Shown here in pieces: positions 37,795 to 50,089 of a stretch of 64,000 nt of DNA (positions are counted from its first letter, which is position 1; every line of letters begins with the position of its first letter). Under the pieces are notes generated by a model. The model searched no databases. It was not told the DNA's origin and saw only the letters and a list, made by a program, of their open reading frames with translations. Source of the DNA: Mobula hypostoma (taxonomy: Eukaryota); NCBI RefSeq assembly GCF_963921235.1, contig NC_086097.1, positions 13,082,001 to 13,146,000 on the forward strand, in the 5' to 3' direction. The position numbers were made by a program, and so were the translations under genes.

Positions 37795-38335
37795 TACACA
37801 CAGTGGTGACTTTATTAAGCATCTTCTGCACCGAATAACATGGCCACTGAGTGTGTATTTGTGGTTTCGTGCTGCTGTAGCCCATCCACTTCAAGGTTTG
37901 ATGCGATTTGTATTCGGAGATGTTCTTCTGCACACCACTGTTGTAACGTGTGGTTACTTGAGCTACTGTTGCCTTCCCGTCTGCTTGAACCATGTCTGAC
38001 CATTCTCCTCTGACATCTCTCAGTAACGAGGCATTTCCGTCCACAGTGCTGCCACTTACTGGACGCTTTTTGTTTTTCACACCGTTCTCTGTAAACTCTG
38101 GAGACTGTTGTGTGTGAAAATCCCAAGAGATCAGCAGTTTCTGAGAATTTCAAGCAACCCCATTTGACATCAACAATCACTCCAAAGACACATAGATCAC
38201 ATTTCTTCCCCATTCTGACGTTTGGTCTGAACAACAACTCAAACTCTTGACCATGTCTGCATGCTTTTGTGCATTGAGCTGTGGCCACATGATTGGCTGA
38301 TTAGATGTTTGCATTAATGAGCGTGTGTACAGGTA
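37795..38335 (-). mobile_element. Internally deleted Tc1-like DNA transposon (transposase N-terminal HTH remnant)
   Basis: ORFs 37815-38288 and 37703-38080 (SETADLLGFSHTTVSRVYRE; ATVAQVTTRYNSG..ISE...TLKWMGYSS). TIR doublet at 37795-37855. Confidence 0.85.
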
Positions 38336-38628
38336 AATAGGCTACACAGCGTAAAGTGTTACTTGTTCCTCAAACTGGCTGGGTAAGGTATTTATTTCTG
38401 TCTCTGCACTCATCTCACTTCAAAGGATAGAGGTGAACAGGTATTCAAGACCTGCACCTTGTCATTCATCATAATGTGTGTGATCCACCTCAACAACGTA
38501 ACCGTTCCACAATCAGTTTTCATACAATAATAACAATTATATTATGTGTAATGTGCACAGTCGGAGAAAAGCCTTGAGAGTCTTAACACAATTTATCTAG
38601 CCTCCCCGTGTCAACTGTGCGATAGCGT

Positions 38629-38724
38629 AACACACACAAAATGCTGGTGGAATGCAGCAGGCCAGGCAGCATCTATAGGAAGAGGTACAGTCGACGTTTC
38701 GGGCCGAGACCCTTCGTCGGGACT
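38629..38724 (-). mobile_element. Short Penelope terminal fragment with hammerhead (one core substitution), next to (TG)n
   Basis: Minus strand AGTC-CCGACGA-agggtctcggccc-GAAAC-GTC-GACT. Confidence 0.85.
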
Positions 38725-38834
38725 GTGTGTGTGTGTGTGTGTTTACAGTTTGCAAATGCATTTTGATAAATCAAGCTGAAAACACGTAAAACTATGAAGG
38801 TGGATGTGCTAAATGTCCCATGTGGAGAGAGCTT

Positions 38835-38911
38835 GGGAGGGGCACGAGGTCACGTGATGTAATACATCCAATCAGTGGCATCCTCACCTGTGTTAAAAGG
38901 CAAACGGAAGA
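38835..38911 (+). promoter_or_regulatory. Candidate promoter/enhancer motif cluster
   Basis: GGGAGGGG (38835), CACGAG (38843), CACGTG (38851), GTGATGTAAT (38854), CCAAT (38868), CGGAAG (38906) in non-repeat sequence. Motif evidence only. Confidence 0.4.
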
Positions 38912-39427
38912 CAGACTTACAAGCAGAAGGCCGTTGCTGGATTTTGATTTTTTTTTGTTAGAAATTATGAAGAATTTAGTGAAATGGTCACTTCTGGAGC
39001 TCTGTGGAACAACTTTGGTCCACCTAAGGCCATGGATTCCAGTCGATTATACTTTAACTCCCTGCAGTATCCTGATGACCATGGAGCTGGTAGATTCCTG
39101 CTGAATCCTGTGTTCCATTTCTTTCCTTAAAACCTGCAATTGTGTCAGCGAAGCAGTTAAATTCAGACCAGTGCCGACACAGCCTTTGAAGAGAATGAAA
39201 CTCCTGATAACTGTATGAATTTTTCATTTGGAAAATATGTTTTACACATAAAAGAATCAACTGCACCTTCAGGGCTCCTGGCTCCCACAATGCCTTGCAA
39301 CATCGCTTGGCAGGAGGCCCTCTGAAGTCTAAATAGTTGGATCGTTGACAGAAGAACTGGCAAGTGTTGGCAGGGAGGCTTACAGGGAAGCGGGACTTGG
39401 CTGAACACTTTCACATTTTTAATTAGC

Positions 39428-39785
39428 CACACACAGACACACACATAAACAGATATAGACATAGACACACAAACACACTTATACACACAAGTGCATGCAC
39501 ATACACAGGAGGAGACAGGAACATACAGTGCACGCAGCATAGACAGACGCATGTAGTACACACGTACAGGGAAGCACAGAGAAAACATACTGGGAGAAGG
39601 AAATGGAAATGCACATGCATACCTAAACACACACATAAAGCAACTAACACTTACAGAAGCATGTAGCAAACACAAGTGTGCACACACACACACACACACA
39701 CACAAAAATGAAGTGACAGAATGAGAAATGCACACAGATAAATAAACATTTGCATCGACACAGACAGATACAGAAAGACACATTC
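39428..39785. repeat. Degenerate CA-rich low-complexity tract
   Basis: Read directly. Confidence 0.85.
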
Positions 39786-39789
39786 ATGA

Positions 39790-40810
39790 GATTCAGGATT
39801 GTCTAATGTCATTTTCAATACATAGGTGTAAAGGAGAACGAAATAATTGTTACTCCGATTCCGATGCAGCACAAAAAAAGCACAATAAGATAAAGAATAC
39901 AATAATAATAATAAATGCATAAGACAGTTTATATATGCACATGGATTGCTTGCACAGGAGTGTCTGTACATAAGCTGATCCTGACAGGAAGTGATGAAGT
40001 AGTGGTGGTGGAGGGTGTGGCGGGGTGAGTTAGTGAGTGGAGGTGTTGATCAGCCTCACTGCTTGGGGTGAGTAACTGTTTTTGAGATTATAGGTCCTGG
40101 TGTGGATGCTACATAGCTCTCCATCCTGGTAGTGCTCCCCACCATTGAGCACATCTACATGAAACGCTGTCGCAGGAAAGCTGCATCCATCATCAGGAGC
40201 CCTCCACCACTGAGGACATTCTCCCTACTCACTGCTTCCATCGGGAGGAAGATAGAAGAGATTCAGGACATACACCAGCAGGTGCAGGAACAATTATTGT
40301 CCCTCAACCATCAGGCTCTCAAACCAAAGGGATAACTTCGCTCAACTTCACATGCCCTATCATTGAAATATTCCCACAACCTATGGACACACTTTCAAGG
40401 ACTGCATCTCATGTTCTTGATATTTATTGCATATTTATTTATTATCATTATTTCTTCCTTTTTGTACTTGCACAATTTATTATCTTCTTCACATTGGTTG
40501 AAGATCCAAGATGGACCCTCTTTCATTGATTCTGTTATAGTTATTATTCTATAGACTTATAGAGTAAGTCCTCAAGAAAATGAATCTCAGAGTTGTATAT
40601 GGAGACATATATGTACTTTGACAATAAATCCAGTTTGAACTTTGAACTTTGATCTTTGATGGGAAGGGAACAAATAGCCCATGAGCACAGTGGTTTGGAT
40701 CCTTAATGATGTTACCAGTCCTTTTCCGGCACCTTTCTGCTAATACTGTATGTCCTTGATGGTCGGTAGGCTGGTGCTGTTGATGTGTTGGTCAATTTTC
40801 CATTGTAGAT
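39790..40810. mobile_element. Nested Rex1/Babar 3' fragments (plus copy ~40130-40650 inside a minus copy)
   Basis: ORF 40132 LPTIEHIYMKRCRRKAASII. Minus strand TSLPTIKDIQY at 40740-40790. (tttgaac)n tail. Confidence 0.7.
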
Positions 40811-42159
40811 CTTCTCTGTCCACCACAGTTCTGTAACACCAGCACAAAGCACACATACGACACAGACGTATATAAAAAGACACAAAGGAAAATATATAAG
40901 CAGAAAGAGATAGAGAGGGAGACATACAGAGACAGAAACACACACTCAAATCTTTAAATTGTGATTAGCAAGCCACTGACAGATCTGGGTTTTGGCTTAG
41001 GACTAACAGTCTTGGATTCCAATCAGATTGTTACCTTATTAAAATAATTTACCTGCATTTTATCATTTTAAGTTAAGTCATAAAAAGTGTTTGTAGTTGG
41101 AATTTACACCAAGAAGATAAAAGCCTTTAACCATCCTCTCACTTACATTCTGGGTGGGCAGCAGTAATTATGTGGCTCCACCATCCGCAGTTGGTGATTA
41201 TGTTGGGAAGACATGGCAATATGAGGTACTTGCCTTTAAGTCACTATTCTTATTCAGTCACCCAGTTCCGATCTCATTACCTGCACTTTCTTGGTTACTA
41301 TCAGAGAGTCATAGAAAATTACAGCACAGAAGCAGACACTTCAGCCCATCTAGTCCATGCTGAACCATTTCAACTGCCTACTCCCATTGACCTGTACCAA
41401 GACCATAGCCCTCCATACGTTGACCATCCAGGTACCTATCCAACATTGAAATCGAACACACATGCGCCATTTGTCCTGGCAGCACACTCCAAACTTTCTC
41501 GACCCTCTGAGTGAAGAAGTTTCCCCTCATGTTCCCCTTTTAACATTTCACCTTTCAAAAATCTAAATAAAAGACAGAACATGCAGGAAATACTCTGCAG
41601 GTCAGGCTGCATCTGTGGAGAAGAAATATTCTGAAATTTTCTAGCCACTAATATTTCTCTTTTTGTTATTGCAATAAAAACAAATCTGGCTGGAAATCTA
41701 ATTGCCATGAGGCTGTTATGACACATGCAGAAAACTTGATCAGATGCTTCACTTCATGAGTCACCTTTGAAATCCTGATGTGATTTCCACATCGCATTCA
41801 CAGCGCAAATGTCAGACACTGCACAATAGAAAGGGTGATTAATGTAATATTAGTATAAACGGATGCTTGTTGTTTGGTGCAAATTTCCTGAGCTGAGAGT
41901 CCTGTTTCTGTAATCCACTTTGAAGAATCCCTTGAGAACCTGGGGCACTCCCAGATAATGTGTTTTTTTCAGCAAAAAATAGAGCAGAGACAATTCAGGT
42001 AAATTGAGGTAGCATAATCTCAATCCTTGCGCACTCCAGCCCATCGAAACCTCCCAGTCAAAGAGACGCTCACCAAATCCACCCCAACTTGTGACTGTGT
42101 TTCCACCCCCCACACTACTTCATACCTCTCATCCAAATCCACTACCAACGCCATCTACG

Positions 42160-43115
42160 ACAGCACAGCGGTTAGCATGACACTATTCCAGCTCAGGGCG
42201 TTGGAGTTTGGAATTCAGTTCTGGTAAGAAAGTTTGTACATTCCGTCCTGCCTGAGTGTGCATGAGTTTCCTCTGGGAGCTCAGGTTAGATTATGAGGAC
42301 ACTCGGCCCTCGTTTATTGTCATTTAGAAATGCATGCATTGAAAAATGATACAATGTTCCTCCAGAATGATATCACAAGAAAACACAGGACAAACCAAAA
42401 CTAAAACTGACAAAACCACATAATTATAACATATAGTTACAACAGTGCAAAGCAATACCGTAATTTGATAAAGAGCAGACCATGGGCACGGTAAAAAAAA
42501 GTCTCAAAGTCCCGATAGACTCATCATCCCACGCAGACGACAGAAGGGAGGAACTCTCCCTGCCATGAACCTCCAAGCGCCGCCAACTCGCCAATGCAGC
42601 ATCATGCAGCACCCGACCGCAGCGGAGTCTGAGACCGTCCGAAAACTTTGAGCCTCCAACCAGCCCCTCCGACACAGCCTCTCCGAGCACCATCCTCTGC
42701 CGAGCGCTTCGACCCCACCCCGGCCGCCAAGCAACAAGCAAAGCTGAGGACATGGGGCCTTCTCCTCCGGAGATTCTGGATCACACTGTAGCAGCAGCAG
42801 CGAAGCAGGCATTTCAGAAGTTTCACCAGATGTTCCTCCGTGCTCTCACGTCTGTCCCCATCAAATCAGGATTGTGCACGGCACCCTACTTGACAAATAA
42901 CAGACATCACCACCGGAGTGGCTGCTGCGAGCTGCATCACGCCGCCATCTTTCCACATCTGAGGTTTCCTCTCAGAGTTCAACAGTGTACCAGTTAGTAG
43001 GTTAATAGATCATTGTAAATTTTTCTGTGATTAGGCTGGGGTTAAATCAATGGATTGCTGAGTGACGTGGCTTGTTGGGCTGGAAGGTCCTCTTGTACGC
43101 TGTGACTCTGAATAA
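42160..43115 (+). mobile_element. V-SINE split by a 0.66-kb insertion
   Basis: Head and V-domain start at 42160-42287; continuation ggtttcctctcagag...aataaa at 42961-43115. Confidence 0.7.
42288..42951 (-). mobile_element. CpG-rich non-coding retroposon starting with AAGATGGCGGC and ending in a LINE-like tail
   Basis: Minus strand 5' AAGATGGCGGC (YY1-type) and 3' aatgacaataaacgagg..cataatc. Interrupts a V-SINE with short aggtt duplication. Confidence 0.65.
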
Positions 43116-43599
43116 AATCTTCCAAGTTAATGGACACCTTAGCCCTTCCCCAAACACTCAGCAACACCAGATGTAGAGAAGTCAAAGTTTAGTGTGTTGT
43201 CTGAACCTGCAAGCAAGTTTTTCCATTGTACTCTACTTCTTCATATTTGTGCACTTGACAATAAATCTTTCCAGGGTTGAATAATTTTCATTACAAGGAG
43301 CTAGTGTGTTCAAGTTCAAAGGTTCAAAAGTTCATTTATGATCAAAGTATACAATCCTGAAATTCTTCTTCTCCGGGTAGTCATGAAACCAAGAAAGAAA
43401 AGAAAGGCAGCACAATCATCAATCCCCAAATCCCACCTCTTCACACAAAAAAGTGAACAAAGTTGGCAAATCAACTCCCAATTTCCCCTCCTTGCACAAA
43501 ATAACATGAGAAAGATCAGGTGAAAAACACAGGATATAAAAAACTATAAGACTGAAAAAAAATCCATAGTCCAGGTCCACATCCAAAATGCAGAAAACC

Positions 43600-44340
43600 T
43601 GGATAAACACAAGTGTATTGTCATTCAACCATACACTGTATACTGCCAAGCAAACAATGTTCCTACAGACACAGCACAGTAAACATACGTCACACACACA
43701 ACACATAAAGTAATATTACCACAAATAAGTTAAAAAAGGAACATTTACAACACAGTTTATAACACTACTGACACTTCCTGCACCTGAGTGTAGCAGGGAG
43801 TTCAATCATCTTATGGCCTGGGAGAAGAAGCTGTTTCCCATCCTAATAGTTTTTGTCTTAATCAACAGTACCACATGCCTGATGGTAGGAGATCAAAGAG
43901 ATTTTTGGACATATGGGAGAGATCATTGACAATGCTAAGGTTTCTGCATATTCAGTGATCCTGATAAATATTTCTGATGGGTGGAAGAGAGACCTGAAGA
44001 TTCTCTCAGCAGTCCTTACAATACGTTGTAGGGACTTACAGTCAGATGCCTTGCAATTCCTGTTCCAGATGGTGATGCAGCTGGTCAGGATGCCCTCAAT
44101 GGTGCTCCTGTAAAAATTAGGTAGAATTCGCATGAGGAGGGCATCCTCACTCACCTCAGTCCCCTCTGGACATAGAGATACCGTCGAGCTTTCTTGGCTA
44201 AAGAGGTAGTGTTGAAGGACCAGGTGAGTGCGACAATTACATGCACTCCCAGAAATTTGGTGTTCCTAACTCTTTCCATGGAGGAGCCATTTAGGTGCAG
44301 TGAGGAGCGGTCAGCCTGCACCTTCCTAAGGTCCACAATT
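43600..44340 (-). mobile_element. Rex1/Babar LINE 3' fragment
   Basis: ORFs 44151-44336 (KFLGVH..LTWS..AKKARRYLY) and 43858-44154 (NFYRSTIEGILTSCITIW). Confidence 0.88.
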
Positions 44341-45524
44341 GTTTCTTAGACATTGACCAAAATGAGTGATTCGACTGAAGTGCATGAAGTACTTTGATGG
44401 ATTTAGATTTGACGAACTAAGAGGAGCTATTCCATTAGCAGAGAGATCAGAGATCAGAGTCTGAGGTAAAAGCATTAGAGGTGATCTGAGGAAAGGTTTT
44501 ATTGCAATGAGTTTTATGATCAGGAATATTTTCTTGAAAGTTTGGAGGCGGAAGCTCAGAGGGAGCTAGAGCACAGAACAAGTAACTCAACCTACTGAAT
44601 CCACACGGACTGTCAACCACCATTTCCACCAATCCTGTATTAATCCCTTTTTTCTTCCACCAGTTCTTAAATTTAAACAATCTCCCTCAAAAAATAATTG
44701 GCAGGTCAGCTTTTTTTGAACTTCTCTCCTAAACTGTGGAATTCAGTATCTAAAACTATAAGGGATGTAGACTCAGTTGACACTTCTAAACGCCAGAGAG
44801 CAGGGTGTAAAAATGCCAATCAGAGGCGATTCCCATCTGCATCTTAACTAATTCTTTACTTCTGTTGCCTTTGGCAAGAAATTAGCCTTTGCTTGATTTC
44901 TTGGACTGAGAATCCTGCATGGCAGATATTTCCAGTCAAGTGAAAATTTTAGTACAAATTAGAGAAAATGTAAAATGTTAAACTGATGAGTAACATTATG
45001 AAAGGTTTAAAGATACTGAGGGCTTCTTTGCGCAGACTGGGCAGAGCCTGGAATCAGAGATGGAGCATCAAGAAATTGAGTCAACTGCTTTGGACTGAAG
45101 TGGAGAGAGATTTCTACATTCAAATAGCTGGGACTCTCTAACCTAGAGAGCTCTGGAATCTTGGTCACTAATACTTCTTCATCAGGAATTCATGTCTTCT
45201 TTCCTCTAATTAACTATTGTCACCAGATCTTATGAGCATTTTCCAGCAGTAAATTTTTCATCTCATTCTCCTTACCTCACATCTACAATTCATATCTCCT
45301 TGTCTTTGCCTTCATGCATGTTGAGACAGATAATCTACAATTCACCATCCTTTTTCAAATGGCAAATCATCGTTTGCATCACAGTTTCTTTCGGTTCCAG
45401 TCTATCACACACACACACACCTTTGTTCTTTCTACCAAGTGATTTCTCTCTGAATTAAAATGTTCTTTTCATCCTGACTTTTCCCAGTTCAGCTGTAACT
45501 TTATTCCGCATTCTATTTTATTTA

Positions 45525-46155
45525 TATTTATTTTATTTTGAGATAAAGCACAGAACAGGTCATTCCAGCCCAATGAGCCACAACATCCAGCAACCCATAC
45601 GTTCAACCGTAGCCTACTCTCAGGACAATTTAGAATGACCAGTGGTTGACTACATCATCATCATCATCATTACGTGCCGTGTTGTATGATGTGGGTGATT
45701 ATGGTGACCACAATTGTTCTTGATAATTTTTTCTACGGAAGTGGTTTGCCATTGCCTTCTTCTGGGAAGTGTCATTATAAGATGGGTTGACCCCAGCCAT
45801 TATCAATACTCTTCAGAGATGGTTCGCCTGGTGTCAGTGGTCACATATGCACCCCAGCCACCACCTGCTCCCATGGCTTCACGTGACCCTGATCAGGGGG
45901 CTAAGCAGGTGCTACACCTTGCCCAAGAGTGACCTGCAGGCTAGCGGAGGGAAGGAGTAGAGACTGGTAGAGACTTATCCCCACCCTGACCACAGGACAA
46001 CCTATTAACTGATACGTCGTTGGACTGTGTGAGGAAACTGGAGAACCTGCAGGAACCCATGTGTTCACAGGAAGAAGATGCAAAGTTTCTTACAGAGGAC
46101 ACCACATTGAACTCTGAACTCTGGCGCCCCAAGCCGTAATAATGTCACGCAAATT
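45525..46155 (-). mobile_element. V-SINE interrupted by an RTE-related short element
   Basis: Tail at 45525-45640; V-domain and head at 45995-46155. Confidence 0.7.
45655..45960 (-). mobile_element. RTE/BovB-related non-autonomous short element (copy 2)
   Basis: Reverse complement of 27135-27475, with (ATG)n tail. Confidence 0.65.
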
Positions 46156-47984
46156 GCTACGCTACTGTGCCCCCACCCCCCATAATTTTCCCTTGTACTA
46201 CGTCCATGCATTACTGTGGGCATGGATAACACACAGAATGAAGTTTTGCATTGTCCCTCAGTACCTGTCACTATAATAAACCAATTAATTTATTTACATG
46301 CCTTTTTTCTGACATTGCCCAGATTGGGTGAGAAGTGTTTGACCACGTTCCTGCCTCTTGCAGCTGCTGCCTGACTTGCTATATGTTTCCAGCACAGAGT
46401 GCTTTTATTTCAGACACACACAACAGATTTTTAATTTTCAGAAGTCTGATATGTTCAGTAATTATAGGCCAAACCTTATTAGATTTTATTCCTCCCTCCC
46501 AAGCCAGTTAGGAAAACACAAGAAGAGGACAAACGACTGATCAATCATTTTGACATCTACCATCATATTTCACAATCAGTCAGGCAAAACAGAACTTGCT
46601 GAGACTCAAACATTAAAGTTTTTATTCATTGGCTTTCTCACATACTGTGGTAGTTCTTCCGGTTTCTAATGCTGAATGTTTACCTAAATGCCCCACTAAA
46701 CTTTCTTCTGGAACTATGTAACACTTCTGCGCCTCACCTGTCAATTGTCATCAAACATCGACGTGACTAATTTTGCCAAGGATTCGTTCAGTAGATGTTA
46801 AATTCCAAATTTACATATTTACATATTAAGGGACTGCCAGGACTGCCTAAAGGAAAGGACCCTTCTAATGGCACCAATCCCAGTGGAGGTTGGGATTTAA
46901 TATGTTTTCTTTAAGTAGAACTTGATTGGATGAGAATTTCTGATGGAAAGGAAATGAAGGGGGTTGTGAAAGATATAATTGCTGAATTGTGAAGCAACCT
47001 GCAGATTTGGACCAATGAGAACAAAGAAATTGCTAAGCACTGAAAAGAGTAGCTTTTTTCCCCTCTCGTTTTGCATTACTTATTTAAATAATGTTTATAT
47101 ACATATATTTTTCTTATTGTAATTTATAGTTATTACTATTATGTATCACAATGTACTGCAGCCACAAAACAACAAATTTCATGACATGTGCCAGTGATAT
47201 TAAAGTTGATTCTAATTCTGAAATGTCTTGTATTGTCCAACAAAGGCATTCATGCGTAAGTATACAAATTCTGGCTTTTTCCTTTCCAATCCCAAAATGC
47301 CAATGTTTTATTTCTTTCCATTGATGTTTCCTGATATGCTGAGTTTCTCCAGCGTTTCTAAATTAATATCAATCCTTTTTTAGCAGTGAATGTCATCAGC
47401 TTTACTTTGTGTCCAACCTTTTCTTTCTTAGGTACTGAGCGACACCTTTACCTCTGCAGTGTTCCCCAGTGTTCTATCTATAAGACAGCTCTCAATCTAT
47501 TCTGGGCGATAAACTCCATAACGGTTTCCCTCGGCCTTCCTTAAGTTGTTAACTCACACAGCTTCATAAAGCTTGGTCAAAAGCTGGATCTTTTCAATTC
47601 ATCTTCGGTCACTTCCCTTAACATTGTGGCTGTGACTCAGTTCTTATCCTTGCAACGATCAAACTTATATCGTAAAAGTCAAATAGTAATGAAACAGACC
47701 ACCGTGTCTGTGACAACTTTCAAACATCTATTTTCACTGACACCAGAATAACCACATTTAATTTTCCTGACTATCATCAATTCTCCTATTCCCCAAGATT
47801 CAAAGTCAAACTTTAGTTCATTCTCAGATGCACGAGTACCTGTACGCACCTGTGCATTGAAACGCTTACTTGTAGCAGTAGGAGCGAAGGATGCTTTGAA
47901 TCAGTGGACTGGACAATATTCATGGATTCATCTTTGATTCTGAACGAATACGCCACAATTGTCACTAACTTCATCAAGACCTGT

Positions 47985-48502
47985 GTTGCTGAGGATGTCC
48001 TACGAGTCTGTGGTGGCCAGTGCTATCATGTTTGCTGTTGTGTGCTGGGGCAGCAGGCTGAGGGTAGCAGACACCAACAGAATCAACAAACTCAGTCGTA
48101 AGGCCAGTGATGTTGTAGGGATGGAACTGGACTCTCTAATGGTGGTGTCTGAAAAGAGGATGCTGTCCAATTGCATGCCATCTTGGACAGTGTCTCCCAT
48201 CCACTACATAATGTACTGGTTGGGCACAGGAGTACATTCAGCCAGAGAATCATTCCACCGAGATGCAGCACAGAGCGTCATAGGAAGTCATCCCTGCCTA
48301 TGGCCATCAAACTTTACAACTCCTCCCTTGGAGGGTCAGACACCCTGAGCCAATAGGCTGGTCCTGGACTTATTTCCTGGCATAATTTACATATTACTAT
48401 TTAACTATTTATAGTTTTATTACTATTTAATTATTTATGGTGCAACTGTAACGAAAACCAATTTCCCCGGGATCAATAAAGTATGGCTATGACTATGACT
48501 AT
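47985..48502 (+). mobile_element. Rex1/Babar LINE 3' end, young subfamily
   Basis: Near-identical to 20600-21108. ORFs 47959 and 48171. Confidence 0.92.
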
Positions 48503-49049
48503 GTTGATGAGTGTGTGCTTTTGAGAACATACCGGACATACCTAAACCAAAATCCTCTGGTGAACCAGGAATTCGCACTTTGCTGACAGCTAGATCTGCG
48601 GCTTTCAAGATTGATGATCCAGATCTCCAGGTTCCCTCTAAGGCATGTGCATACGTTTTTTTGCTACCAGTGCACACAGGGATTTAAACTGCAAATAAAA
48701 GGTTGTCACCTTCTACCTCGTTGGCACGTTAAGTATATTTCACGATCGTACACAATCACATTTCCTTTTCAGGTTTCTGATGCGGATGGTGTTGACAACG
48801 TGGAGTTTGTGATGATTTGTCTGCCGGTATTAGAACTGGCTTACGTATACTGTTTTACTGTTTTTATTGAAGAAATTAGAATCAGAATCAGAATCAGGTT
48901 TTTATCACTGGAATGTGTCGTGAAATTTGTTAACTTAGCAATATGTAATATAGAAGAAAAAATATAATCAGTCAGTCAATTACAGTATATATACTGAATA
49001 GATTAAAAATCATGCATAAAACAGAAATAATATGTATTAAAAAGTGAGT

Positions 49050-49935
49050 TAGTGTTCACAGGCAGCAAAACTCTCAATGAAGAAAATATTGATTCACTAT
49101 GTCAAATTCCAAAGAAGCAAAGGGCGTGACGTACAAAAGAACGGCTAGTTTATTTAATGCAGAATGGCTTAATGAAGCAGTAGAAACTACTACACTGAAA
49201 TCTCAGGAGGTAAAAAACATACAGCAATGAGAAATATTTCTGTACAATACAGAAACTAGTGTTAACTGCATGTATTGTCACAATGTCAAGGTTGCTGGAG
49301 AATTTGCAAGTGGGAAGAAGTGGAGTGATACTTGGAAGCTTGGCCTTTTAAAGCATCATTTAGCAAGCACTTCACATAAGGAATGTTGCAAAAGCTCCAG
49401 CAAGCAGATCCTTCATTATCCACTATAGGCCCGCTATGTATGCTTTGTGAGAGTGCAGATGAACGAGAGCGAAAGTGATCAAATTTGGAGGAGATCAAAG
49501 TTCTTATTGACAGTTGTTTTATTTCTTTAAAACAAGAAGCTGGACTTGGTAGTTTATTATCCTTAGAATAATAATTTCATTGAGGAAAAACTTTTTCACC
49601 CAGAGAGTTGTGGATCTGTGGAATGCTCTGCCTCAGAAGGCAGTGGAGGCCAATTCTCTGGATGCTTTCAAGAAAGAGTTAGATAGAGCTCTTAAAGATA
49701 GTGGAGTCAAGGGACATGGGGAGAAGGCAGGAACAGGGTACTGATTGTGGATGATCAGCCATGCTCTCAAAGGGCCGGATGGCCTACTCCTGCACCTATT
49801 GTGTATTGTCTATTGAATAGCTTCAGGTTTACTTCCACTTAACAATTAAGTTCACACATGTTGAAACTGGGCAAAAAATATGCACAGCACAAGAGTTTTT
49901 CACACACGGGTCATTACAAATTAGAGGAAACACTG
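49050..49935 (+). mobile_element. Internally deleted hAT DNA transposon (N-terminal zinc-finger remnant plus right TIR)
   Basis: From ATG 49099: MSNSKEAKG..LFNAEWL..(stop)..CMYC..GEFASGKKW..WKL..LKHHLAS.SH (TTF-type CxxC..H..H). TIR-like ttagaggaaacactg at 49921-49935. CR1 piece inserted at ~49580-49815. Confidence 0.7.
49580..49815 (+). mobile_element. CR1 LINE 3' end
   Basis: RKNFFTQRVVDLWNALPQKAVEA frame and 3' tail. Confidence 0.88.
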
Positions 49936-50089
49936 GGTATGACAAATGGAAGGCTATTTTAAGTGCGAAGAAACTATTTGGATTGACGTTAGAGATGGAA
50001 TCAGCTGCACATCAGCTCTGGCAGGGTTTGAAGACCTATATTTCCTACAAGGTAAAACCTAATATCATGAATAGCTGTGATGCTGTGAT

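Noticed and set aside
38963..38998. NYEEFSEMVTS as a calmodulin-like EF-hand end
   Set aside because: No upstream EF-hand exons were found in the window, and the match is too short to assign a gene.
48760..48835. Possible micro-exon (ttccttttcag|VSDADGVDNVEF)
   Set aside because: Good acceptor but weak donor, and no recognisable product.
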